A DNA stretch of 64,000 nucleotides, taken from Amoebophrya sp. A120. Lineage: Eukaryota; Protista; Dinoflagellata. Numbering within the stretch: the stretch's first letter is position 1; each line of letters starts with the position of its first letter. Position numbers and translations under genes: made by a program. Shown piece by piece: positions 39,544 to 51,900 of the stretch. The notes beneath the pieces were generated by a model, which worked only from the letters and a program-made list of their open reading frames with translations, had not been told where the DNA came from and did no database searches. The DNA lies in assembly GCA_905178155.1 (NCBI GenBank), contig CAJINV010000005.1, positions 7,742,989 through 7,806,988 of the forward strand, read 5' to 3'.

Positions 39544-42500
39544 CTATCCTGACAGCATCCTTTCCAGTGGGTTTTGTTCCTCCAGCCTCCCGATCCGCGC
39601 AATGATCTCTTCAAACGCCGGCTTTGCCCGGGGCCGGACCATAAATTCCGCGTGTCCCAAATTCGGTAGCCACAGCACCGAGATTTTCGCGTTCTTCTTC
39701 TTCACCTGTTTCGGTATCTTGTCCCACCGGTTCTTCTTCTTTTGCAAAATCTCCGCCATTTTCTGCCGGCGCATTTCGCTGTGCGCGACCAAATGGGTGC
39801 GGATCGAGTGCGCGGGGATGATGGAATCCAACCCGGAGAGAATCACGTTGGTCGGAAACTTCAATTTCTCCGGCCACAAAATCCAACTTTGCCAAACCAT
39901 CCGGCGCGCCATCGACTGCGCTACGTGGATCTCTTTCGCGACAAAGTACTGGATCGCCGTTTGGATCCACGTTTTCGGCTCCCGGTAGACCATATTGTAG
40001 GCTATGTCGGGGGAAAACAGTCGGAAGCAGACCGGGTCGATCAAAGTGGCGTACGCGACTAGATGCGGTCGGCGTCGGATCATCCAAGCCATAACGAAGG
40101 TGCCGAAGGAGTGGCCAATGAAATGGGCCCCCGGGCAGCTGTCCGTGTTAAAAGTCGGATCTAGTTCGGCGGGGTTAGTTGAGATGTCGTTTCTACCCCC
40201 ACTGGAAGACGACTTCCGTCGTTGTCCGCGACTGCCTTTGCTACTGCCCCCCGGTCGCTGGTAGTTGTAGCTGTCGTCAAAATCCAGGTCTGGGTTGCCC
40301 GTTCTTACGTCACGCGGTCTGTTGGTGTTCACGGTTCGCTTCCGTTTCTTGTTGCCCCTCTTGTTCGTCCGCGGAGTAGAGGCTGTCGCTTGTGCTGGTG
40401 AAGAAGCTCCTGTTGCCTCCGCTGCTGAATCGCGGGCAGCTGCCTGTGATGCTGGTGAGTGCTCGGGTTTGTAATGATGTTTGTGATGTTGGTTTTGCTG
40501 CTGCAGCTCATTCTGCTTGTGCCTATTGTCTGCCGGGTGGTTTCCGAACTTCTCCTTTAAAGAGAGCATGCGTTTCGTAAACTCAGCCTGGTTCTCCTTC
40601 AAACTTGCAGTTCCACCTCCTGTGGTCATAGTTGCACTATCCCTCGCCTCCCCTTCTGGATGGATTTGACCTTCCGGGGCTGATCGAAGGTTCTTCGCGT
40701 AGTTGTAGTTGTTCGCCGCGCCATCATAGTTGCTCCCGTTACTCGCATTAGAGAACCGCTCGCCCATCTCCAAAGGCTGCAGCTGCAATTTGTCTTCCCC
40801 CGAGGAGAATCCATTTTGGTTTTCATCATCGTCATCCGACCCTGATAGCTCCGATTCATCTTCCGACGTACTCGACACCTCGTCGTCCACCAAATCCCCC
40901 GGCATGTATCGTCGCCTCTCAAACGTGTCCCACAAGTTGAACGATTCGTAGTGGTGAGCCAGCATGTCCGCGATGCAACTCACCATTTCCCGGGCCGACG
41001 CAATGTTCGCGTCAGAAATTCGACACGCGATTTGGTATCCACAGTAAATTTCCCGTACGCGTACAAAAACAAATGCGGTCTCTGCATGACAAAAATTGGC
41101 TTCGATCCTAGTTTAGCACGACGAGTTTTACTTTCCAAATTGGTGAAGTTTGTGATGCATCCTGTACACGTTGTACGGGAAATTTGTATTGCATATCTGG
41201 GGGATGTTAATCACGAAAATGTCCCGGTCCGGGTAATTTTTCACCAGTTCGAACAGAAATAAAACGTAGATGTGGGGCCCCAGGCCCAGACCGTGGCAGA
41301 AGACGAACGGGACGTCGTGATCCTTTCTCTTTGACGTGTTGTTTTCCTTTTTCTTCTTCCCCACAACCGGCTTCCTGACGTAGTAGCTCATGGTTCCGCT
41401 TATGTTCTCTTCAAATCCCAAGACCTTCTTCAGGAAGAAATCCCCCGCGAAGGGGATGACCAGTTGACTAATGCGGTTATGCATTGCAAATGCATACGTA
41501 GTCGTAGTAGTAATTGCATTTGCAAATTTTTCCGTTGGGACGAAAAGTGGAATTTGTAATGCTGGTTCGGGTATACAGACTCGGTTTGTCATGCATGGTT
41601 GCAAGTAGTACGAGCATGATGCTTTTGCACTGGATAACCGTAGAACAGGAACGACCGGGTGTCCGCCTGTAAAGGGTCGAGAGTCAACCGCATGGAGACG
41701 ATGTTATCGTTGTACCCCGGGCGGAATTTGTGCTGCAGCCACTGTTCAATCCGGTGGATCATCGTACTCGTCATGCGCCATTGCTGTTCGGGTAAGGGGA
41801 ACTGCCGCTTCAGTTGCGAGGCACCATGACTACGGGTGGTCGCTGTTGATTTATTGCTCACCGCGCCAGCTTATCAAATGCAAAAACGTAGTCTGGGTCT
41901 GGAAGGTTCTGAGACTTGTCACGCATGTTTTGCATGACCCAGGATTGTTTGTGATGCATGCCCTACCATCACAGACTTTTAGAACCCTTCCTGATGCCTA
42001 CTCCGCATGACAAACGCCCACCTCCCCGCGTAGCACAAACTAGACTCCTCTTGCTGGTCATGCAGTACAGATTTTTTTAGAGTCCAAAGTTAGCATCACA
42101 AGTTCCAACCGTCCAGACCCAGACATTTTTGCATTTGATACAGCTAGTGCGTTATTCATTTCTACTCCGCTGCTTCCAAAAAGTGTCAAATCGTTTATCG
42201 CCTGCGCTTCCTCCCCGTGTTCCAAATGCAAATGATGGACCGACACTTTCGTCACATCGTAATCTGCATTCAAAAACGCCCAGGCGAGCCACTCCCGCAC
42301 GTTCTCGCGGCCGATGTCGTACAGCTCCACGATCTCTTCATCCCCGTCCGAGGGGACTAACCCAATCGACCAGTTCCAAATCGCTCTTCGGAAGCTCGGA
42401 CAGATTGTGGTTTTCATCGTGAACAGTGCGTTGTATGAGAGTGCACAACCCCGCCTCCCCCTCATTTGAAGGTCATAGATAAGCAGCAACACAAGTGCTG

Positions 42501-45500
42501 GCATGAATGCAGCTTTTGCATGAAAAATTCGCGACCGATTCTAGTGCTGTTTCGGCTTCCAGAACCTGTCATGCAAGAAGTGCCAAAGAGAAGAGGGTGT
42601 AGTTTTTGGGTTTTTGCATGACAAATGAGGGGGAGGGGGAGTTGTGCACTGTCATACGTTGGACAGCTGTTTTAAAATCGCAATCGGGTGGATCTTACTC
42701 AGTAGAGCCGAGGAACTTCTGGACGACAGTTCATGTCCATCATCTTCCCCATACAGATCAACGCCAGCCCTTCTATCGTAGAACAAATGGTCCCGAAAGG
42801 ATTTCAAATCCGTATTTCTCGCCACGTTCTTCTTGTACCGGAACCAGCCACAGATCTCCAGAGGCTTCAGCGCCTCCATAGCCTGCTCGTTCATCAGCTG
42901 TGGGTCTAGCCCCGTCGCGTCAGAAGCGGCCATCGCGAGCGAATTCCTTGCCCTCGGCAAGCGGTTGACGGAATTTTGGTTGGTCACCGTCAATTTCCCG
43001 CTATTCAGCTCCCCGTCCTCGTAGTCAGAATTATCGAGGACCTGGATGTGGCTTACCATTCCGTTATTCGAAGTCGACCCCTCGAGGTCTTCGGTTTGCA
43101 TCGCTTCTCTCAGCGCCTTTTCTATCCCCGCGTGGCCGGCAGTAGAGGTTCGCCGGAGCAAAGCCCCGACGCCCGAATTCGATCGGGTCAACAATCTCGG
43201 CCGGGACGCCGATTTTCCTTTTTGCTGCAACGCGAGAATTCCGATTTGGTGCTCCGACGCTGCGTTTTTGATGTTGTTTTTCAGCTGTTGCAGGTTTTGA
43301 TTACTATTCACCGTGTTTAAGCTGCTTTGCGCCCGGCGTAGTTTCAGTTTCCGACTCATGCCCCCCGTTGCTGCGGCGGTTAGCGCGAGTTGCGTGAAGG
43401 ATTTTATGGCGTTCTCAACTGTTACATTCCCGACTGTTACATGAATTTGTGAAGCAAGAATTGCAAAAGAAAAGTGAAAGGGGGGAGGTTGCACTTCTAG
43501 CATTACAAGTCCTGCACAGATTTAGGTGCTGTTTAGCCCTTTGCAAATTTGTCATGCGAAGCAGCTTTCTCGTGTGGATCTCGATGGTTGTTCTGCATGA
43601 CAAGTTCATGTAAGAACAGTTGAGAATGTAACAGTTGAGAACGCCATAGATTGGACTTTTTGGTCGTAGAGGACTTGCACGGCGGATTGGGTAGACTCCG
43701 TGGACATGCGAGGGGTTAGTAGCGCAGGACCGCCGTTTATCGCACGAAAAAACTGTCTCACCGTGAACTTGTGATGCAGAAAACGAAGCGCCACAGTGTT
43801 TGTCTTGCTACACCTGCACGACATTGGATTTTCAAGCGTGTTTTCCCTTGGGAAACGCGCATGCCAAATTTTCGGTGTCATGTGTAACAAACTTGTGATG
43901 CGGTTTTTGCAAAGTCATCACAGTGAAACAGTTTTTCCATGGGATACCGTTTTGTTCTATGTGCAGATTGGAAGAACCATTCGGCGATACCGATGCTGAA
44001 CCTCCCTGTAGTCCCGCGTCTATCGAGTTCGCGAAAGACGAGCCTTGGTCGATAGTTGCCTGCTGAATCACGACGGTCTGAGTATTGGTCATCGTGAAAG
44101 AAGCAGCAGACAAACGTCCAGGGGGTCCTCCTAGGTGGGCATCAAAACCTGCAGTCGTGTATCCGCCGATTGTTGCTTCGTTTTTTTCCAACACGTCCTC
44201 CTTCGTTTCTAGCTCGACCTCATGCCCTTGTAAAAGCAAGTACCCCATTTGCACGTCGTTGACCGCTTCTAATTCTTGCTCTAGCTGGATCAAAGACTCT
44301 TCCACCGGAACCCGAGGCATTTCCACCTTCTGGTTATTAATCTTCCACAGTTGGTATTTCTGGTAGAAGAGAAACGCAAGCTCCAAAATCGTGTAGAAGT
44401 TAAACAGCTGGGCAAGAAGCTCGATTCTGCTCTCCGTAAACACGTGTTTTTTCAACTTTGGATGGTTCCGGAGGAAATCGGGGATGCGGAAAATTCGCTC
44501 CTCCAGAATTTGCCCAAAGAGGTTGAGAACCTTGATGTAGGACTTTGCGCCGGCGGTCAAGGCGCGCCGGAGCTCGAGGGCCAGGAGCTGTACGGTAATT
44601 AATGTGTGATGACTTGACTTTGGTAGCGGCGACAGCATGACAAACTGATGTAGTCTGCAAATGCAGTATGTACGCAAGACAAGTTGATCTTCATTCAAAA
44701 GAAAATAAACGCAGAAAATAAACGTTGAAAATAAATCATACCATTCCCAACCCGTTGCTCCCTCCAGCACTCTTCCCGTTCTGCACGGCCAAGATGGTCG
44801 GCTTATGGTCTATCCAACCGTCTCCGACGGCGCCGTCGTCGTCTTCGATATCGGGCAATTCCAATATCGCCTCCATATCCACCCTGCTCGTCCCCGCCGC
44901 CGGGTTGCTACCGTCTCCGCCTCCATTCGCCAGACTCGAGGAAAAGAAAATCTTCCCCAGCCCCCGGAGCACGATCGCGAACCCGGATTTTTTGGAAAAG
45001 AAAACTTGCTTCAAATTTCCGCGGTTCTTCAGCCACTTATGGGCGTGTCAGGATTGAAATCGTCAAAGTTGAAATAGTTTGTCATGCGTAAACTGCAGCC
45101 CACAAAGTGCCTGTCTTGTAGAGTAGGCAAGTGAGGCAGATTGTGAGCCTGTTGAGGACTAGAACTAGAAGCGGAGCTGCTAAAGTAGCATGACAAAAGG
45201 CGTCTTCCTTACCCAAACAGCATGACAAACGGGATTTCGGCTCTACCCAAATTTGTCATGCGCCAGTTGGAAACTGGGTTACAACTTTCATCCAATTTAT
45301 GCATTACAAGTCATTTCAACTTTGTCGATTTCAATCCTGACACATCCATACCACTTCGAGAGCCAGTACAGAAGCGAAACGAACGGGCCGAGTTTGAAGG
45401 GCGCAATGAGAATATGCCAGAAAAAAACTGTGTAAGTGTAACTCTGTAATGCAAAACATGCAACAGAGTTACACCTGTCATGCCACACAGCCATGAAGTC

Positions 45501-45723
45501 CTTTTTTCGTGTGTATTTTCCCTTACAAGCCACGCATGACAGGTTTTCTCTGTCATGTAGAGCAAATTTGTGATGCTGTTCCTCAAAGAAAGTTACACTA
45601 ACACAGTTTTTTTCTTGGATAGAGAAAGAGCTTGATTAACAGCGTGAGGATTTTGTTCACGATGCCCTGCGATGGGACAGAACTGCCGCAGTTCTCGGCG
45701 AGCCGGAGAGGGCGGGTTTTCAT
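39544..45723 (-). CDS. Alpha/beta hydrolase fold protein with long N-terminal extension
   Basis: FVFCHGLGLG (oxyanion region), HFIGHSFGT (GxSxG nucleophile), LIDP, SGLD, LGHAE (catalytic His). Start MKTRPLRLAENC at 45723. 8 introners + 1 GT-AG intron. Confidence 0.8.
41036..41195. mobile_element. Introner family G
   Basis: TIR; TSD tttgg/tctgg. Confidence 0.9.
41478..41636. mobile_element. Introner family A (diverged)
   Basis: TIR; TSD gcggt/accgt. Confidence 0.8.
41872..42140. mobile_element. Introner family B
   Basis: TIR; TSD cagct. Confidence 0.9.
42434..42656. mobile_element. Introner family E
   Basis: TIR; TSD cgttg. Confidence 0.9.
43405..43648. mobile_element. Introner family C
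   Basis: TIR; TSD gattt/gattg. Confidence 0.9.
43738..43946. mobile_element. Introner family H
   Basis: TIR; TSD ccgtt. Confidence 0.9.
44588..44741 (-). other. Canonical GT-AG intron
   Basis: ATG|GTATGA ... GTACAG|CTC; in-frame GLGM-LLALELR. Confidence 0.75.
45038..45350. mobile_element. Introner family K
   Basis: TIR TATGG..GTGTCAGGATTGAAATCG.CAAAGTTGAAAT; TSD ccact. Confidence 0.9.
45413..45621. mobile_element. Introner family I
   Basis: TIR; TSD gagaa. Confidence 0.9.
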
Positions 45724-46031
45724 CTTCTTTATGAGGTTTTATTTTAGTCGCAAGTTAAAGTTCTTTCATCCCGGCAATATACCAGACAGCGAGCCAGAGG
45801 GTCCTCGTCGTCCCTTTCTGCTCCGGAAAAGCAGAGTGAGTCGTAATTGTAAATGGTGTCCGTGAAGATCATATCATAAGTTGTGGAATGGTGGTCCTGC
45901 GATAATTCGTAACCAGGTCACAGTAGGTTTCTCCCGAAGGCGAAGACGACATTAACAAACTCCGAAAGTTTTTCAGCCACACGAGTCTACTTCGGAGAGA
46001 ACCAACTGCTCTCGCCAGGCGTGCTAGTCGA

Positions 46032-47898
46032 CGTGTCAGGAAACAAAAAACCGAAGAGTGAGAGTGCCGAATCCGGATTTTTGATAATCGTCCGTCAGAA
46101 CCAATCCACGCGGCGTGCGCCGCGTGGGAAAAAATACGCAAACCCTTCAGAATAGGTCTTAGATTGGGCGCGAAGCTTTACGATGCTTGGCCTTAAAGAG
46201 TCTCCAAACTCCAGTAAAGTGGCTGCCTTTGGCCTCTCTCGGAGGAACTACATGTGGAAAAAGCCGGCAATGTGGAAAAAGCCGGCAGCGACCACCTTCT
46301 GGCTTCTCTAAAGAGCCAGAGTCGGAAAAAGCTAAAAAGGCCGAGACGCCTCCTGCTGTACAAAACCACAGAGCTTTGGCAACTTTTCGGAGGACCAGGT
46401 CCGGAAGAAGCCAAGCGACTCGCTTTTTGCGTACTGAATCGGACAGCTTTGGCTTCTCCCCGGGGCGGAAACAGCAACGAGAAGCGAGCTTCGGGCTCTT
46501 CCCCGAGCGCCAGATCCAGAAAAAGCCAATGCGCCCTCTTTCTTTTTGCTTGGAGTGAGGTAACAAACTAAATCTGGAACTTCGCGGTTGAGTTCTTATC
46601 CGGCCGCCGGCCGGATGAGAACTCAACCACATCACCGGCGGAATCCGGCTGGCCGGCCCTGTCCTCTTCCCCCGTCCCCAACCGGTCGATCCACTGGCCG
46701 CGTTGTTAGTTTCACTAGGCCAAAGGCCCCAGCTTTGTAATGCAAAGGCAGCGCCCTGCAAAGGCAGCGGAAAGCGCCGAAACCCCAAAAGCAGGCGCGT
46801 GCGCGTTCTATTCTTTGTCTGTGCGGCTATTTTCTTTTTCGCTTCCACTACTATTTCGCGCGGTTTGTGCTTTCTATTTTTCCTACTTATTTCTAACAAC
46901 AAAAAGCCGAAGAGTGAGCAGAGTGCCGAATCCGGAGTCTTGAATAAATTAGTGGTTCTGGTTTTCGAGTTTTACAACTTTAGTAAACGAGCAACGAACT
47001 GAAAACAGAGAAGATGAATAAAGAGAGAACGAACTGAGTGGGAAAGTAAGTTTCTTTTTCTTGGAGGGGTTCGAACTGACGAGAAAAGGACAGTTTTTGT
47101 TTATGCGGGTGATCGAACTGGACAACGGAGAGAGAAGAAGGTTGTGCAGGAGGGGGATCGAACTGGGCAACATACAGAGAAGAAGGAGGAGGGGGGGGAA
47201 CGACCTGCACACCCGCGAGAAGGAAAAGGGAGACTCGCGGTGCACGAACTGAAAGGGAAGGAGGTCGAGCAAAAGAGCGCGGGGCGCCCAGGCTATGTGT
47301 TACCCCGCTTTTCCCCCCTCCCCCCCCCCCATTTTCTTGCGCTTTAGTGTTTATTCAATGCGAACACACAAAATACAATGAAAACCGGACAACCTAGGCC
47401 ATGAAGCGCAAAGGGGCAACCTAGAAAAAAATTTTGTTACTTTAGTTCATTTCCCTGCCTGGTTTTGCACATAAAAACTTCGCCGATAGCCAACTCTTTG
47501 CCGCAGTTTTGGCACATTCCGGCAAAAGAAATTGCCGAAATTTGGCAAGATTGAATTTGGAAAGCATTGCCATGGCTTAGGTTGTCCGGCTTTGCATTTT
47601 GCGCGTTCATGCTATCCACAGGGCCGGCGCCCTACCGCCCCCCGCCTCCTTTTTTCCCCTGGCTATTCCAATCGGCACGGGCTGCCTAAGCAAATGCGCA
47701 GGCAGTTCGCGCAGTCCACCAGCGCCCCACCGCGGGCCCCCACTTCGGCGATGGCTCCCGAACACGAAAAAAGCGCAGGGCCACGCGTTGGCTTTATTTA
47801 CTCAAAAAACCGAAAAGCGCAGGGCCACGCGTGTCAGGAAACAAAAAACCGAAGAGTGAGCAGAGTGCCGAATCCGGAGTCTTGAAATCTTCCGTCAG
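46032..47898. repeat. Three dispersed direct copies of a ~40-65 bp unit
   Basis: CCGAAGAGTGAG(CA)GAGTGCCGAATCCGGA-type unit at 46032-46098, 46907-46944, 47830-47898. Confidence 0.8.
46586..46628. repeat. 43-nt near-perfect palindrome
   Basis: GGTTGAGTTCTTATCCGGCCG C CGGCCGGATGAGAACTCAACC, one mismatch. Confidence 0.85.
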
Positions 47899-48933
47899 TA
47901 CTGACACAAGGACCACGAGGACGCACCTTTGGTGACGTATACCTTCTTGCAGCCGACAACTCAAACCTCAGAAAAAGCCGTGTGGAGTTCAAAGTCGTGA
48001 CTCATCAAGCACAAAAACCGAGGATCCTCGTCTTCAAAGGTGAAGGTCGTCAAACAGATTACTTACTTTTCGTTTTCAGCTAAGTCTTCAGTGACATCAC
48101 CGAGTCAACAAGATGAAAAAACCTGCGGTAATAATGAGAGGGCAACTACACCGATGTACTTAAGTTTGTTTTCCTCGGTCGAAATAAGCTCTGATGTGGT
48201 GCACCGACAAAGGCTAAGAGCGGCAAGCTCTTTATATTAAAATGTAAACGAGTGACAACCGCGGAGGAAAACCAGTATGCAATGTTGAATATCGACGAAC
48301 CGGAAAGATGGAACCTCGTGCATTGATCGGAAGATGGGAAAAACATGACAACGATAAAGACACTGCACAGAAAAAAGTCGATTTTGTTCACACAAGCTGA
48401 CATGAACGAAAGCACAAAGGAGGAAGGGCGCAAGAACGAGAAGGTGAAACAAATGCATACAGATGTCGCAAATTAAAGTCATGCTTGTTATATTACTGAA
48501 CTCTTCTTGATGAACGTGAGGCAACAAATATGATCTCCAGCCTTGTGGCATCGACATTCCGATGCAATAGTTGCGGTTGAGAATCGTTGCCTCAACGGGT
48601 CGCGTGTGCCTTTGAAGATTTTGATGAGTGCTACATTGCTTTTGGAGGAATGGAGAAATACCGTGCGTCTGTTCCTGAAAGATTCTTATCCTTACGACGA
48701 GTACTAGTTTGTACACGAATAGAGTTGTTAGCGCAGCTAATTCTGTTGTAGGAATCTCCTTTAGCTATCCTAGTTTTATTGTCGTGGTGGTCGTCTTCTG
48801 TAGCTAGGTAACTATTTTACAAGACTTCTAGAGCTGTCACGATGTTGTATCCTATCTGTACGTCATGAAACAAAATCTACGCCTAAAATGATGAAACAAA
48901 GATGCAACTCCTCGAGAAGAAGTTTTTCAAATC

Positions 48934-51900
48934 TTACAAAAACAAAAGAAAAATACGGCCTCCGGTCGCGGGGTACAATTCGTTCTGAATCAACGCGTCC
49001 TTCCAAGAAATCACGTAGCCGGTCTTCTCTTTGGGTTTCATGCACCCCTTGCGGCAGCAATTCAAGTCGGTTTTGCAGACAGCGTCGCTGTCCCCATGGT
49101 TGTCGCACCACGTGACTACCGTGCCCATAGAACCAGCCCCATGTTCGGGAAAATACGCGTCCGGATTCCGCCGATTCTTTTGGTAAAAAGGCCGGCTCTC
49201 TTGGTCCGCGTTGTGCGAACCGCACGCGACGTTCTCGCACTTCGGCCAACACCACGTGTTATCGTAGTACCGCCCGGTTCCGTAGCTCGGTGCGCTTGCC
49301 GGCCAAAGGTGTTTCAGCACAAGCGGGACGCTCCCGTCGTTGGCACTAATGTGCCGCAGTTCATCCAACCCCGGCCTGCTTGTGCACGCCGTGCACTTCT
49401 GCGCGTGCGGGGCCGGGCAGTTCGTGAGTACTGGATCTAATGTACCCCGGGTACAAATGCACTTCGGGTGACAACCATTCGTCGGGTCCTCTTGCAAGTT
49501 TTGGTTCACCCCGCTGCATTTAAACCGCAAGCCTGTGTTTGTTTTTGCTTGGAAATCCACGGTGTTGCAGGAGAAAGAATCGGAGAAGTACACCGTGGCG
49601 CTCGCGGACTTATTATGCATTGCAAATATGTCTGGGTCAGGAAACATGTAAACTTCTGATGCGCATTTGAGACAAGACAAAAATCTGTCATGCATGAAAC
49701 GCAAAAGTTGCTCATTTCTTGTCACCAAAAGAGGGGTCTTGTCATGCGGATTAGGCATCCTCGCCTAACCTGCTCAAAACCTGCGTTGCTAGGACTTGCA
49801 TGCTAGACCTTCTGTGTCATGCACAAACAGCATCACACTCTTCCAGACCCAGACATATTTGCATTCGATACTTATCCTCACCGTGTAAATTCCCACTTGC
49901 CCGAAACCCGCCCCCAGGGTAAAACGCCGTATTTATGGCGTTCTCAAACGTTACAATCTCAACTGTTACACGATTTGTCATGCAAAATCAACATCAACAT
50001 CCACAGGGTGAAGCGACTTCGCATGACAAATTCCCGGAGGGCTAAACAGCATTTAAATAAGTGCGGAATATGTAATGCTAGAGGCGCAATTGTCCCCCTT
50101 TGACTTTTGCTATTCTTGCATTACAAATTCATGTAACAGTTGAGAATGTAACAATTGACAGTCCCATAGTATTCTTCACCAGCTTGTCCCAATCTTGACT
50201 CGGGTATTTTTGCCCGTTGATAACGTACCGGACCAAAACCGATTGCGAACTCGATGGCTTCTTACACCCCTGAATGCAACAGGTATTTGTGTCTGCCGCA
50301 TTCCCTTGGCAGTCATTGGTTGCGCAGAGAATTCCGCCAGCATTCGGTCGTTGCAAATACCGATCGGCCTTGCTCGTATCCGTTTGGCAGGCTCGTCCGT
50401 AAAAGCACTGCTCCCGACACCCAGTTAACGCCAACCCGTTCTTCGGAGCGTTGCAGGCGTAATGGGCTGTTCCGGTGTGCGTGGAAGCGCAGACCAGGTT
50501 GCTGCTCGAGGTACGCGCCTTATCGCAAGAAAAAACTGTTTCGCTGTGAACTTGTGATGCAGAAAATAATGGAACACAGAACTATTTGTCTTGCTACACC
50601 TGCATAGAGCATTGGAGTTCCAACCGTGTTTTTCCCTATGGGAAAAACGCGCATGGCAAATTTTCTGTGCCATGCGTAGCAAACTTGTGATGCAGATCTT
50701 GCAAAAACATTACAGTGAAACAGTTTTTTCTCGTGATACGCTTGCGCGTCAGGCGGGGCCGAGTCCAACAGGTTCCGCCACTTCGCGTTGCTCGAGATTA
50801 CATAGCCTTTCGGCACAGTCGTCACGGATTTTCGGCACCCGCGCCAGCAACAGACATTGTCCCGGTCCCCCGCGCCCGAGCACAACGGGTTCCCGCACTG
50901 ACTGTTGACCCTCGCTGGGTTGGCGGAATAGAAGTGGTCCAGATTGGACGAAGAGGTTATGAACTGTAAAAGTATCGCACTCGTATAAATGCATTACAAA
51001 TTTCCTCAGCATGAGACATAAAATTTGTAATGCGGATTTGGCTTCAGAACAAAATTTGCGAACGCATGTTTGCAATTACTACGAGTACGATACTTTTGCA
51101 CAGGATAGAGGTGAAGCCAGCACAAAACCCCCGATCCGATTCCGCTCGCGAGCAGGTTTCCGTGCAACAGGTGGCACGATCTACTGCGTTGTGGTCGCCA
51201 CCATTGATGAATGAACTGCAAAAGTATAGTATCGCACTCGTATAAAAAATGCATGACAAATTATTCCCTCAGCATGAAAATCATATGCGGATTTAGCTTA
51301 AGAAAAAAGTCTGTAATGCGTAATTGCAATTACTACGAGTACGATGCTTTTGCAGTTCGTATGATGTCCCGGAAACACGGCCAGGACACGCACTGGTAGT
51401 TTTGCGGCGAGCTCCGAACTTTGAACCCGGTGTGCACCTGGTTGGGAACCCCGCTGAACCCGGTCAATTGGCACGCCGCACCCTGAGTTCCCAAAGACCT
51501 GCACTTCATCGCGCAGCATGTCGCGGTGTCGTGATTTATCCTGAGTAAAAATCTTCCCACACCAGAGTCAAGATGGAAAATCCACTAGACAAATCAGCCA
51601 CCTCTGGTTGTTTCGCATGACAAGGTTATCCTCGTAGAAGTGGAATCCTGTTTAGCTAGTTCCGAAGCATCACAGACGTAGCATATCATGCTCATGCTGA
51701 TTCTAGCATCACAAATTCCACAACATGATTAGATTTGAAAATGGCTCTCGTGGGGCTCTGCATGAGAAACTTTTTTAGCATGCAGATTTGCATGACAACT
51801 CTGGGGTGGAGACATTTTTCCTCAGGATATGATTGCGCGAATGTTCGCACACGTTGTCCACGCAGGTATGGTATGCATTGCGAAAGCATCGTACAACTAG

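Noticed and set aside
48146-48716. ORFs downstream of the Cys-rich gene
   Set aside because: They lack the Cys repeat pattern and recognisable domains; cannot be supported as exons.
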